Source of the DNA: Octopus bimaculoides
Taxonomy: Eukaryota
DNA: 41,632 nt
NCBI RefSeq assembly: GCF_001194135.2
Contig: NC_068987.1
Location: forward strand, 49,587,477 to 49,629,108
Reading direction: 5' to 3'
Under the pieces are notes generated by a model. The model saw only the letters and a program-made list of their open reading frames with translations, searched no databases and had not been told where the DNA came from. Below are positions 21,919 through 33,239 of the stretch, piece by piece (position 1 is the stretch's first letter; every line of letters starts with the position of its first letter). Both the position numbers and the translations under genes were made by a program.

Positions 21919-22150
21919 GGCGGCGAGCTGGCAGAAACGTTAGCACGCCGGGCGAAATGCTTATCGGTATTTCGTCTGCCGCTACGTTCTGAGTTCAAAT
22001 TCCGCCGAGGCCGATTTTGCCTTTCATCCTTTCGGGGTCGATTAAATAAGTACCAGTTACGCACTGGAGTCGGTATAATCGACTTAATCCGTTTGTCTGT
22101 CCTTGTTTGTCCCCCTCTGTGTGTAGTCCCTTGTGGGTAGTAAAGAAATA
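21919..22150 (+). mobile_element. Young full-length SINE family 1 with perfect 17-bp TSD
   Basis: acacattcactattcaa at 21902-21918 and 22151-22167. Head GGCGGCGAGCTGGCAG and B box GAGTTCAAATTCC are intact. Confidence 0.95.
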
Positions 22151-22745
22151 ACACATTCACTATTCAACTAAAACTATATCAGCTAATGTGTCCACCTGTT
22201 TTTTTTTTTGTTTTTTAATATGGCAGAGTGTAATTTGAGGGAGATTTGATGGCTATTTCTAATATTTCAAGTGACTATGTAAAGGCTCTCACATTAATTC
22301 TTTTATTGATTTATGGTAGTTATCATAAAATATTTCCTAATAATCAATTTAAACAAAATATCTCTGACTCATATGTGATTTTCAGGGAAATGTCAGGTAT
22401 GTAGTTAGAGATTAATTATATGAAAGAGGAATTAACAAGACTTTGTGTAATATCCTTCCAACTACAAAGAGTTAATTGTTGTTAGGGAAAGAGTAAGTTA
22501 GTTTGGTTACAACTATATTTGTCTCTGCAAGCAGAATACAACCAGGAAGTATTCTATAAAGGAAAACTACTGGCTTTTAACTTCTTACAATACCTATCAT
22601 GTAAACAAACGAACATGACTCAAACGGATAAGACAACCTATATATATATAAATTCTTATCATACAGCCAGACCCGTGCCGCCGATATATGTTTCTCTGTG
22701 TGTGTGTGTGCGTGCGTGCGCATGCGTGTATATATACAAATATAC

Positions 22746-23135
22746 TACTCTTTTACTCTTTTACTTGTTTCAGTCATTTGACTGTGGCCATGCTGGAGCA
22801 CTGCCTTTAGTCGAGCAAATCGACCCCAGGACTTATTCTTTGGATGCCTAGTACTTATTCTATCGGTCTGTTTTGCCAAACCGCTAAGTTACAGGAACGT
22901 AAACACACCACCATCGGTTGTCAAGCGATGTTGGGGGGACAAACACAGACACACATATACATATATATACATATATACGACGGGCTTCTTTCAGTTTCTG
23001 TCTACCAAATCCACTCACAAGGCTTTGGTCAGCCCGAGGCTACAGTAGAAGACACTTGCCCATGGTGCCACGCAGTGGGAATGAACCCGGAACAATGTGG
23101 TTGGTAAGCAAACTACTTACCACACAGCCACTCCT
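22746..23135 (-). mobile_element. CORE-type SINE, family 2, full length
   Basis: Reverse complement of the 12670-13173 element. Confidence 0.9.
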
Positions 23136-23973
23136 GCGAATGCAGACAGTTTTATTAGTGACAGAATATGATACATCAATTCTGTGGGAAAAACCATTGA
23201 TAAATGGTTGAAAATATTACCATCCATGTAATATATATATGTCCAGGCATGATTACCTGGAAGATTGGCAAAACCTCTCAATACATTTCACCTGTATTTA
23301 GCATCTCTGACTGCCATTTACTCCTACTCCATTTGTTTTTTAGTTTCTGTCTACCACCATGACTGATGTGAAACACATTGTCTATTATCATACAACATTT
23401 CCCCCCCCCCCACTAATAGAATCTAATTTCCTCTTTCTACTACCTTTACAAATCCTTTCAACTCCTACTTTCTCTTATGAACTTTTACGAACGATCCAAC
23501 AAGTACAAAAAGAAAGGAAGGGAAAACACTGACAGTAAAAGAAAACTCTTTCAGTATCAAAACTGAAACAATCACATTTCCATACTGTAATGACAGATAC
23601 TTTCACTTTAATGGTTTCATTTTCATATTTCGAACTCTGTCCTTCACCATGATAACAAAAAAAAAAAAAATAGCTACACATCTTTCTCAAATACGATCGA
23701 CAAACATTTATTCCCTACAAACTGTGAGCTTTTTGGAAAATCTTTTCGTAAATCTTGAGATTAACACCCACATGATTACCTACCGAACCCTGACCCTAAA
23801 ACCCTAACCCTAACACTGTAGTGAAAACCGTGTGGTTGTTAATCTGAAAATTTAACAATCTTTTTTAAAACACATTTACTTACTAATATTTTTTTATTTA
23901 GTGTGTGTGTGTGTTGCCCATATATATATCCACTTAAGACTTAGTTGTGGGTTGGGAGTTTGATCAGCAGAGG

Positions 23974-23974
<1 letters not shown>

Positions 23975-24049
<75 letters not shown>

Positions 24050-24262
24050 CATCATCATTATTATGATTATTATTATTATTTTCAATTTTTCCCACAAGGG
24101 CGGATTGGGGCAAGTAGACAACAGTCGATTATATCGACCCCTGTGTTCAACTGGTACTTATTTTTTACACACCGAAAGGATGAAAGGCAAAGACTTTGGC
24201 GGAATTTAATCTCAGAACGTTGAGATGGGCACAAACCTCCCGTCGCGACACTGATTCTGCAG
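23975..24262 (-). mobile_element. (TTA)n microsatellite followed by a degenerate SINE family 1 copy on the minus strand
   Basis: cccacaaggg..gtcgattatatcgacccc..actggtacttatt..gaaaggatgaaaggcaaag..ggaatttaatctcagaacgt. Confidence 0.75.
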
Positions 24263-24489
24263 AACAGGGTTGAGTGTGAAAACCAACTTTAAAGTGTAAA
24301 TATAGATGTTTTTGAATACACACTCATACATACATACGTATAACTACACACATACATACAAATAAACGCATACATATAAATACCTGTCGCTCTCTTCCAA
24401 ATACGATCGACAGTCAAACATTTATTCCCTACAAACTGAATTTTTGGAATATCTTTCTTAAAACGCATTTACTTACTACCATATATATA

Positions 24490-24830
24490 TAGAGACACAA
24501 TACACATTAATACACACATACAACATACATACAAATACCTGTCATTTTTTTCTTTATATAGTGTGTGTGTATGTGTGTTGCCCATCTTAATATATAATGC
24601 TGAAGTTGTGTATCTGTGTGAAGCCTTTTTAAAAGTTTATAGAAATCAACATTTTCCACTTTTTAGTAAAAATGTTAACATCAATGCAATTTTCTCGATG
24701 TGAACTTTCCAGTGCAGTAATTTGATTTTTAAAATTCCGTTTACCTTTATATTTCTTCCCTTCTACCTGTAGCAGCATTCTTACACATCGATCACGCGCT
24801 CAACATATAATATAGAGGGTAAGCGTAAAA

Positions 24831-24884
<54 letters not shown>

Positions 24885-25250
24885 TACATACAAAGTCATA
24901 TATTAACTTGCTTTAAGACTATTCTTTCCTTCTACCTACAGACACAGAATACACATTAATACACACATACATACAAATACCTGTCATTTTTTAAATTTAG
25001 TGTGTGTGTGTGTGTGTTGCCCATCTTAATATATAATGCTGAAGTTGTGTATCTGTGTGAAGCCTTTTTAAAAGTTTATAGAAATCAACATTTTCCACTT
25101 TTTCGTCAAAATTTTTACATCAATGGAATTTTCTCAATGTGAACTTTCCAGTGCAGTTATTTGATTTTTAAAATTCCGTTTATTTTGTGTCATTTAGGGG
25201 AAATTTGGCTGTTGTTTCTAGCAACTTTTATATTTCTTCCCTTCTACCTG
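24490..25250. repeat. Local direct duplication (about 24490-24775 and about 24940-25250)
   Basis: Near-identical aatacacattaatacacac..aaatacctgtcatttt..gttgcccatcttaatatataatgctgaagttg..aattccgttta..tatatttcttcccttctacctgta. Confidence 0.9.
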
Positions 25251-25655
25251 TACCGGCGTATAGTGCATCAACATCTACTGCCCAATCTGATAGAATTCTG
25301 ACAGAACTGTGTAGCAACAGATCGCCAGCAATTGCTTCATCAGAAATTGCCGTCCTACCTCCTGCGAAAAGGGATTACCCTGCTATGTATAATCAAGGCA
25401 GTGCAAAAAGTTGTTTTGCACAAGCATTTGTATAGCCAATTAGACGGATGAAATTTACGTACACTTAATAATGTCACGCAAAACAGCCTTCAGACTTTCC
25501 CTATTAATTTCATTGTCTTTTGAATTATGAACATATTTACATCATAGGGGTTTTTTCATTGTAAGGCTTTCCTTTTTAGTTGATTTTCACCTAGCAAGAC
25601 TTATCGTAGGTGGTGTAATAAGTCACACCCGGACAACGTCGGGTTATACTGCTAG
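25024..25655 (+). mobile_element. Non-autonomous Helitron, apparently complete
   Basis: A|TCTTAATATATAA 5' end. 3' hairpin acccgg-acaacg-tcgggt (25627-25644) lies 7 nt before CTAG|T. A-T target with no TSD. Confidence 0.7.
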
Positions 25656-25656
25656 T

Positions 25657-25890
25657 TATATATAAATGGCAATTTCTGCCGGTCTGTTACCATCATAGTA
25701 CCGAAACCAGCAAACCAATATTCATGAAACTTTGCATACATGTTACACTAACATCCAGTTCAATGATAGGCTAATTAAATTGCAATAAAACTCTATAATG
25801 TGCTCCCCAGGTGGGTTGGGCGAATTATATGATAAAATGAGAAGGGTGCAAGAAGTATAAGTCTGAGGGAAACACAGTAGCAGGGTCAAA
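25657..25890 (+). mobile_element. Helitron/HINE-like repeat 5' portion (paralog at 36993-37240)
   Basis: tatatataaatggcaatttctgcc..gtctgttaccatc..ctaacatccagttcaat..gggttggg..atgataaaatgaga occurs at both loci. A Helitron-like 3' remnant gcaacgggctattcagccagt is at about 28430-28450. Confidence 0.55.
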
Positions 25891-26044
25891 ATTTTCAAAT
25901 TTGGTATATTGAAATAATTTTCCACATTAAATCTGATATTGTTATATATATATGGGAGAATATACGAAAAAAACAACAACAGACGAGGACAGGTGGTGTA
26001 AATAACAAAGGATGTATTAGTATGACGCTCGGGAATACGGAAAG

Positions 26045-26081
26045 TCTTTGACGTTTCGAGCTACACTCTTCAACAGAAGGA
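26045..26081 (-). ncRNA. Hammerhead-like motif with variant core (CUGUUGA), third repeat family
   Basis: Minus strand reads UCCUU-CUGUUGA-A-GAG/uguag/CUC-GAAAC-GUC-AAAGA. It is on the same strand as, and downstream of, the PLE endonuclease fragment across the gap. Confidence 0.4.
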
Positions 26082-27157
26082 ATACGGAGACAAGGAGAAA
26101 AACACGGAGAAAAAAAATTGAATAGTGTCCAGTCAACGGTCAATCATAATAATGGCTGACCGGAAGTTAGAAATTCTTTTTTCAGGAGAGCTAAGAAAAG
26201 GGGGAGATAACAAACGGTGATCGAAGAACGAGGGGCTGTGTGTGGGAGATAGAATGCTGGTGATCTTGACGTATATANNNNNNNNNNNNNNNNNNNNNNN
26301 NNNNNNNNNNNNNNNNNNNNNNNNNNNNNNNNNNNNNNNNNNNNNNNNNNNNNNNNNNNNNNNNNNNNNNNNNNNNNNNNNNNNNNNNNNNNNNNNNNNN
26401 NNNNNNNNNNNNNNNNNNNNNNNNNNNNNNNNNNNNNNNNNNNNNNNNNNNNNNNNNNNNNNNNNNNNNNNNNNNNNNNNNNNNNNNNNNNNNNNNNNNN
26501 NNNNNNNNNNNNNNNNNNNNNNNNNNNNNNNNNNNNNNNNNNNNNNNNNNNNNNNNNNNNNNNNNNNNNNNNNNNNNNNNNNNNNNNNNNNNNNNNNNNN
26601 NNNNNNNNNNNNNNNNNNNNNNNNNNNNNNNNNNNNNNNNNNNNNNNNNNNNNNNNNNNNNNNNNNNNNNNNNNNNNNNNNNNNNNNNNNNNNNNNNNNN
26701 NNNNNNNNNNNNNNNNNNNNNNNNNNNNNNNNNNNNNNNNNNNNNNNNNNNNNNNNNNNNNNNNNNNNNNNNNNNNNNNNNNNNNNNNNNNNNNNNNNNN
26801 NNNNNNNNNNNNNNNNNNNNNNNNNNNNNNNNNNNNNNNNNNNNNNNNNNNNNNNNNNNNNNNNNNNNNNNNNNNNNNNNNNNNNNNNNNNNNNNNNNNN
26901 NNNNNNNNNNNNNNNNNNNNNNNNNNNNNNNNNNNNNNNNNNNNNNNNNNNNNNNNNNNNNNNNNNNNNNNNNNNNNNNNNNNNNNNNNNNNNNNNNNNN
27001 NNNNNNNNNNNNNNNNNNNNNNNNNNNNNNNNNNNNNNNNNNNNNNNNNNNNNNNNNNNNNNNNNNNNNNNNNNNNNNNNNNNNNNNNNNNNNNNNNNNN
27101 NNNNNNNNNNNNNNNNNNNNNNNNNNNNNNNNNNNNNNNNNNNNNNNNNNNNNNNNN

Positions 27158-27420
27158 GGGGAGAGATAGGTGGTAGGAGGGAGGGTGGGGGAGAGAGACA
27201 GGAGGAGGGGTTTGATGAAGAGGGGAGGGGAGTTGAACCCATATGGCGCAAAGGAGCGGAAAGAGAAGACCAATCCCTGTTCACGGCGCAAACGGGAGTC
27301 CGGATGGCCCCTGTGCATGGACAATCCAAACACAGACAGGTGTTGCTGCAAGGAGTGGCCGGCAGAGCGGAAGTGGCGTGACACCGGGGTGTCATTGCCA
27401 ACGTTGATGTCTCAGAGGTA
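27158..27420 (-). mobile_element. PLE GIY-YIG C-terminal fragment, same family as 19-800
   Basis: YL*DINVGNDTPVSRHFRSAGHSLQQHLSVFGLSMHRGHPDSRLRREQGLVFSFRSFAPYGFN aligns with HLEDIRLGNDTLVSHHFCSTNHSLQHLSVFRLSLHKGHPDS. Confidence 0.85.
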
Positions 27421-28447
27421 TTGACTTATATCAGGGAAGGTGAAAACAGCATTATGTAAGTGACAAATATTGAATAGCAATGGAATGATAAAGTTAATAC
27501 AACTGTCATATACACACAACGCTGCATACATACTTTTGTAAATACATAGATACAACACACACGCATGCACGCACACACAGAAAGGTGGGTGTGAGAAATA
27601 TGTAGCTTTAAGGTGAGAGGGGGTAGTTGGCTTTTCTGATGTCCATCGCAAAGAAACTCTCACACACAGACACACACACCTACATAAATATATATACATA
27701 CGGACATACATATGTATGTCTATTAAACACACCAATGTAAGCTTGTGATTACCTGTGTGTACGTTTATAAATGTGTGTGTACATGCATGTATGTGTGTGT
27801 GTGTGTGTTTGTGTGTGCGTGTGTGTGTGTGTGTGCATACATGCGTGTGTGTGTGACGTCCTATAACTGTCTGTCTCTCTACTTTTGTAGGCTCTTCCTT
27901 GTTGCTGTCACATATTGTAAGATTTTAAAATTACGTCCAAATTTTCAAATTTGGTATATTGAAATAATTTTCCACATTAAATCCGATTTTGTTATTTATT
28001 TGTTCCAGAAAAATTCCAGAAAAATGTTACTGAGGCTTAAAGTTTAATAAATTTTTCATAATCAGAAAACAGGAGTTGGAAGCTGGAATTTTCTAAATGA
28101 TAGCTGGCATTTTTTGCTTGATAGCTATTACAAAATGAAAGCAAAATCATTAGGAGGAGGAATTTTTATTAAACAAATGAAGGCAAAGCATTACAACGAC
28201 CAAAGTTGTAAGAACTTCTGAAGTTTTAATGAATAAAGTCGTGTAAAACGGTTGAACAGACATGTAAATAATTTTAAAAGGGAAAAAGTCCTCAACGAAG
28301 TTTTTTGCAAGAAATTGCACAAATCTGTCCTGATCAAGAGGTCTATCTATTGGGGACGGCATGGTCTGACATGGAATAAACAAAAATTTATATAAGACAA
28401 GACATTGTATTGTAAAAATTGCCTACCAGCAACGGGCTATTCAGCCA

Positions 28448-28495
<48 letters not shown>

Positions 28496-28651
28496 NNNNN
28501 NNNNNNNNNNNNNNNNNNNNNNNNNNNNNNNNNNNNNNNNNNNNNNNNNNNNNNNNNNNNNNNNNNNNNNNNNNNNNNNNNNNNNNNNNNNNNNNNNNNN
28601 NNNNNNNNNNNNNNNNNNNNNNNNNNNNNNNNNNNNNNNNNNNNNNNNNNN

Positions 28652-28706
<55 letters not shown>

Positions 28707-29089
28707 CATACATACATACATACATATATGTACAGGTATATACATATCTATACATGCATGTATACATAAGGCTAGGTACCATAACACTGAGTTCACAGTG
28801 AGGTAAAACAATCATGAAGTACCATTTATTGGTAGTATAGCATAGGTATGTATATATATGTAAGTACCAAATGCAATATAAATTGTAAATCTGACTCAGT
28901 ATGCAGCGTAGACGTAAAAGAATATAAATGAGGTTTAAAATTCACTACACCTGTTTTGATATAATTTTACTGATGTATTCATAAATTACATCATAGCATA
29001 AACCCACCATCTTCAGATAAAATTTTAAACAGGTATAAATAAGCAAAGTAAGACCTTGATGATGACCTGTCCAACAAATATGATGAATA

Positions 29090-29590
29090 AGTCATGTTGT
29101 TGACATTTTATGTGGCACCAGCACTTGTGGGGTTGCCAAACAGCTTGAAAGACAAAGACCTCTCAACTGAGAGAGGGAGTGGGACCAAAGGAAGTGACTG
29201 TGTGCCAGGTGAGAGGTTATACCATGATAGAGGGACAGAGATAGCTGTTTTATAATGGAGGAGACACTTGGCTAGCTTAGTAAGACAAGGAAGGAGAGGA
29301 AAGTGAGAGAGAGTTCAAGAGAAGGATAAAGAGACAGTTAGAATGAAACAGAGAGGGCTTACACACAGGAAACAGTGTGGGGGTAGTATACATAATACTG
29401 AGGGGATAGAGGAGTATGTTCCATAAGAGTGTGAGGGAGATGTTTAGAGAAAGCAAGTAATACTGAGAGGAACTGGAGTGGCTGGGATGGAAGTATGGTA
29501 GACGTGTGAGGATATGGAGAAGGTGCAGATAGGCATGTGAGGGATAGTGGAGAGGCTTGTAGTGGATAGTGGGAGTGTTGGGAAGATGGG
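29090..29590 (-). mobile_element. RTE-like 3' region, degenerate
   Basis: 29100-29280 is homologous to 6090-6260 and 16120-16300, followed by a G-rich continuation. Confidence 0.55.
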
Positions 29591-29599
29591 TTTAGTTGA

Positions 29600-29715
29600 T
29601 TGAATCACCTTCAGTATTTGACCGTTAGTTTATTTTACCATCTCTGAGAGAATGAAAAGGCAAGTTGATCTCAGCAGTATTTGATCTTACTATGTAAGAA
29701 CAAATATTGCAAATC
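29600..29715 (-). mobile_element. Highly degenerate SINE family 1
   Basis: tttattttacc..gaatgaaaaggcaagttgatctcagcagtatttgatc. Confidence 0.45.
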
Positions 29716-29829
29716 ATTTTGTGCCTGCACATATGATTCTGACAATCCACTTCTTTAGAATTTTATGAAATAATAAAATAATGCTAAATGTGATTGGTTG
29801 TGTTTTTAGTAAATAAATAGATCATAAGT

Positions 29830-30220
29830 ATGGCTGTGTGGTTAAGAAGTTTACTTCCAAGCATATGGTATTAAATTCAGTCTCACAACACAGTACCTTG
29901 AGCAAGTATCTTCTACTATAGCTCTTGGCCAACCAATGCCTTTTGAGTGGATTTGGTAGACAGAAACTGCAGAAGCTTGTTGTGTGTGTGTGTATATATG
30001 TGAGATTATGTCTTTGTGTTTGTTCCCTTACTGCTTAACAAGAGGTGTCGGTTTCTTTGCATCCCCAGAACTTAGAGGTTTGGCAAAAAGGGAACCAATA
30101 GAATAAATACCAGACTTTAAAAGAATAAATAGCAGGATTGATTAGTCTGATTAAAACCTTCAAAGTGGTGTCCCAACATGGCTGCAATCTAGTGATTAGA
30201 ACAAATAAAAGAATAAAAGA
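29830..30220 (+). mobile_element. CORE-type SINE, family 2, diverged
   Basis: tggctgtgtggttaagaag..ccttgagcaagtatcttctactatagc..gagtggatttggtagacagaaactg. Confidence 0.8.
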
Positions 30221-30267
30221 AAAAATATAAGTGAATATATGTGTAATCTCTTTTATTTCATTCCTAA

Positions 30268-30478
30268 CTCTTTAGCATTTAAACTGGCCATATCTGGCCA
30301 AAATATTCTGCCTCTTTTATTTTCAAACCAGCCAGACTCAACATCTCACACCTACCCTATAATGACAATATAAAAAATGAACAACCACTTTATCAGAATC
30401 TTGAAGTCACAAGATTAATTCAAAACAATGTGAATAAATAAGCATTGCATTTGACAAAATAATCTAAATGCTAAAGGG
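30268..30478. mobile_element. piggyBac-like MITE (TTAA target)
   Basis: ctaa|CTCTTTAGCATTTA ... TAAATGCTAAAGGG|ttaa, with a 13/14 TIR match. Confidence 0.7.
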
Positions 30479-30544
30479 TTAAAATGTTTCTGGACTAAAT
30501 CATGAGGACCTTCAAAAAAAAATCTTCATTGAAGGATGGCAAAA

Positions 30545-30720
30545 AAGATTGGAAAATAATGGTTTCTGATTTAGGCACAAGGCCAGTAAAATCAATGGAT
30601 GAGTCAATACCATCAACTCTAGTACATGACTGATAATTTATTTTGTCATTGACTCTAGCAAAATTAGAGGCAAAATTGACCTTCCTGGAGGAAACTGAAC
30701 TCAGTACGTAAAGGGGACAG
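30545..30720 (-). mobile_element. Degenerate SINE family 1
   Basis: ttaggcacaaggcc (reverse complement of the ggccttgtgcc tail)..ggcaaaattgacc..gaactcagtacgtaaag. Confidence 0.55.
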
Positions 30721-30769
30721 GAAAAATACTGCAAGACATTTTCATTTCAATGATGCTCTCATGATCTTG

Positions 30770-31035
30770 GCAGCTTGCCACTGGGATAATAAGCGGGATG
30801 TGAAGATGGGAAAGGAAAATGAACTGAAGAGGATTTAGGGACTGAAACTTCTGGTGATTTGCTGTGCTTTTCAAGCTAAGTAACATTATGGCCATCCATG
30901 TAAAGGATAAACATACAGTTATATCCTTTACAACCATGCCCCCCACACATGCACTCATAATTCTGTCCTCTGTCAAAACTCCCCCATAACCCATCTTCCT
31001 AACACTCACCAACCACTGCAGGCCTCTCCACTATT
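30770..31035 (+). mobile_element. RTE-like fragment (ORF end plus start of 3' UTR)
   Basis: agggactgaaacttctggtgatttgctgtgctt resembles the RD..W..AVL RTE terminus. The last about 45 bp match the reverse complement of about 29545-29590. Confidence 0.5.
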
Positions 31036-31096
31036 TCTAAACGTGCAAAGATAATTTGATAGTGATCAGAAATGACTGACTGGAAGAAGATACATA

Positions 31097-31478
31097 CAAG
31101 GGGCTACCCAAAAGAAACCGGAATTTTGCAAATTTATCTTATTCACCTAGTTTTACTTGTTTACACTTTTATCGCCTTCAAAGTATTCTCCATTTAAAGC
31201 AATGCATCGATCCAGACGTTTTTTCCACTGTTTGAAGCAGTGCTAGAACTCTTATGAAGTGATGCCTTTTAATGCCTCCATCATTTTTTTTTTTTTTTCC
31301 ACCTTTTCCACATCTGCAAATTCTGCAGCACCAGTTTCCATCACCAGTGATGACCTTCGAAAAAAGGACCAAATCAACTTCTAAGTGTTCTTTCAGTTCA
31401 TGACATGCATTCAATCGTGACTGCTTTTGATCTTCCGTGAGCAAGTGAGGTACAAATTTTATTGCAACTCCTTTCATT
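31097..31478 (-). pseudogene. Internally deleted mariner remnant with terminal repeat
   Basis: AIKFVPHLLTEDQKQSRLNACHEL..FSKVITGDGNW is joined to the C-terminal FKQWKKRLDRCIALNGEYFEGDK. Terminus TA|caaggggctacccaaaagaaaccggaat. Confidence 0.85.
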
Positions 31479-31532
31479 AGCAATACGCTGGACCCAGCAT
31501 TTTGCTCAAAATGCTGGGTCCAGTGTATTGCT
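31479..31532. repeat. 54-bp palindrome (26-bp arms, 25/26 match, 2-nt spacer)
   Basis: agcaatacgctggacccagcattttg-ct-caaaatgctgggtccagtgtattgct. The right arm continues as the mariner C-terminus KCWVQCIAVQGNYFEGD on +. Confidence 0.9.
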
Positions 31533-31600
31533 GTGCAAGGTAACTATTTTGAAGGAGATTATGTCCAGGAACTTTTTGATACCAAACAGGGGATGGGGTA

Positions 31601-32488
31601 CAGAGTGTTTAGGCTAAATTTGATAATTTGTATAAAAGGAAAAGAAAAAACAATTATCTCATCCAAGAATAAAAGTATTTTAAAAAAATCAAAAAAATAT
31701 CAACTAGACTATGGCTGGGAGATAAAAAATTACTCAAAGTAGAGTAGCTGACCTCAGCTTCCACCACAGCCTCAAAACAGCTTCAGAACCTGGCACATGC
31801 ATTCCTCACTTTATTTCTAGGAAGATCTTCAAACACCTCTTTGATCTTAGCCACCAGCTCAGCTTTGGTGTTGCAGACAGAGTAGTTGGTGTCTTTCTCA
31901 ACCATGCTCCACACATAGTAGTCCATGGGATTACAATCAGGGGAATTAGAAGGCCAGAAATTGGAACTGATGAAGCCATAGAAATTCTCCGACTACTTTT
32001 GACTATTTCTGGGGGTATAGCAAGGAGCTGAATTCTGCTGCTATGTACATGAACCTTCCAGCAGCTACTCTCTCCATCCAGGTTTTGACCACAGTCTCCA
32101 ACAGCTTCACTTGGCAGTCTGATTTGAGCCTATGGCCCTGTTTAAAGGGCCTTAGATTCAGTTCATTGGAAACACATTGAAAGACCATCACAGGTTGGTG
32201 GAACTTGGTTTTCATAATGTCCATGTCATGTCTTACAACATTTACAGTATTCACAGAGCATTGGGCATCAGTCATGTTATCAGTATTTTGACACCCAGCA
32301 CAAATCATCACGATACAGGTAAATCTTTCCCAATATTCAGATGGCTTCCGGTCCACTATGTCAGCTAACTTATTGTCTACTACAGCTTTAATATTTATGT
32401 TCTCCAGCACTGCTGACTGTTCACCAATATATCAAACTATCCCTAGAAAAGAGATACGTAAAAAATCGTCAAATTTAGTCTGAACACT
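31601..32488 (-). mobile_element. Internally deleted Tc1/mariner element (maT/DD37D-like) with both TIRs and TA TSDs
   Basis: TA|cagagtgtttaggctaaatttgataatt ... aatcgtcaaatttagtctgaacactg|TA. Protein motifs MKTKFHQPVMVF, QQNSAPCYT, FWPSNSPDCNPMDYYVWS. Confidence 0.85.
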
Positions 32489-33239
32489 GTATTGTTGATG
32501 TCATATGAATCATAAATTTTCAAGAGAACATTGAATAATTTTTGCTGTTCAGTGTTGATTATTTACAAAGAAAAATGTTGATAATATAATTGCGGAATGG
32601 GAGGAAAGAAAAAGCACACCCTGTCTGTAGTAGATACTTACGGGACATCATGCGAATGTTCAGAATCGGCCTCTCCAAGAACCCAAAATTATCTGCACAC
32701 AGCCCAAAGCTGCCTACTTGAATACTAGTCATCTACCTGGCAAGAAGTGAGGTATGTGAATCAGTCAGCCACTTTCAACACTCTGCCATGAGTTAGGTGC
32801 CAATCTGTTTTTATGGGAGTGAAAGTGGTTAAATTTTAGAACATCTGACTAAGCCATATTATGCCTCAGCTTCATGCTGATTGGCCGATTTATAGATCAA
32901 TCATATGAAACTGTGGTGGCTCACTTGTGTTGCCTAACTGAGTATCTAGCAGTTAGAGTTTGAATTCCCACTATAACTGGTTTGATCTACAATGAGCTTA
33001 TCTTTACAATTACTTAACGGCACTTGTCAATCTTATCTCTGATAGAAAGAATAAATATCAAATGGTTCAAATTTTTCAGTTGCTTAACGTCTGAAACCTT
33101 AGTTGCATTCTACTTATTTGCTTTTGCAACCTATTACAGAGGCTTTCAGTTAGTTGACTGACACACATACATGTATATATGTGTGTTTGTGTATGTATGT
33201 ATGTGTGTATTATGTGAAATCTATATATGTATGTATGTA

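Noticed and set aside
21919-21995. tRNA gene (also the other SINE heads)
   Set aside because: A/B boxes are present, but there is no full cloverleaf and the sequence continues into a SINE body with a TSD.
32630-32751. Possible exon ending at the strong donor GAG|GTATGT
   Set aside because: All three frames contain a stop before the donor and the acceptor is weak. A non-coding exon cannot be excluded.
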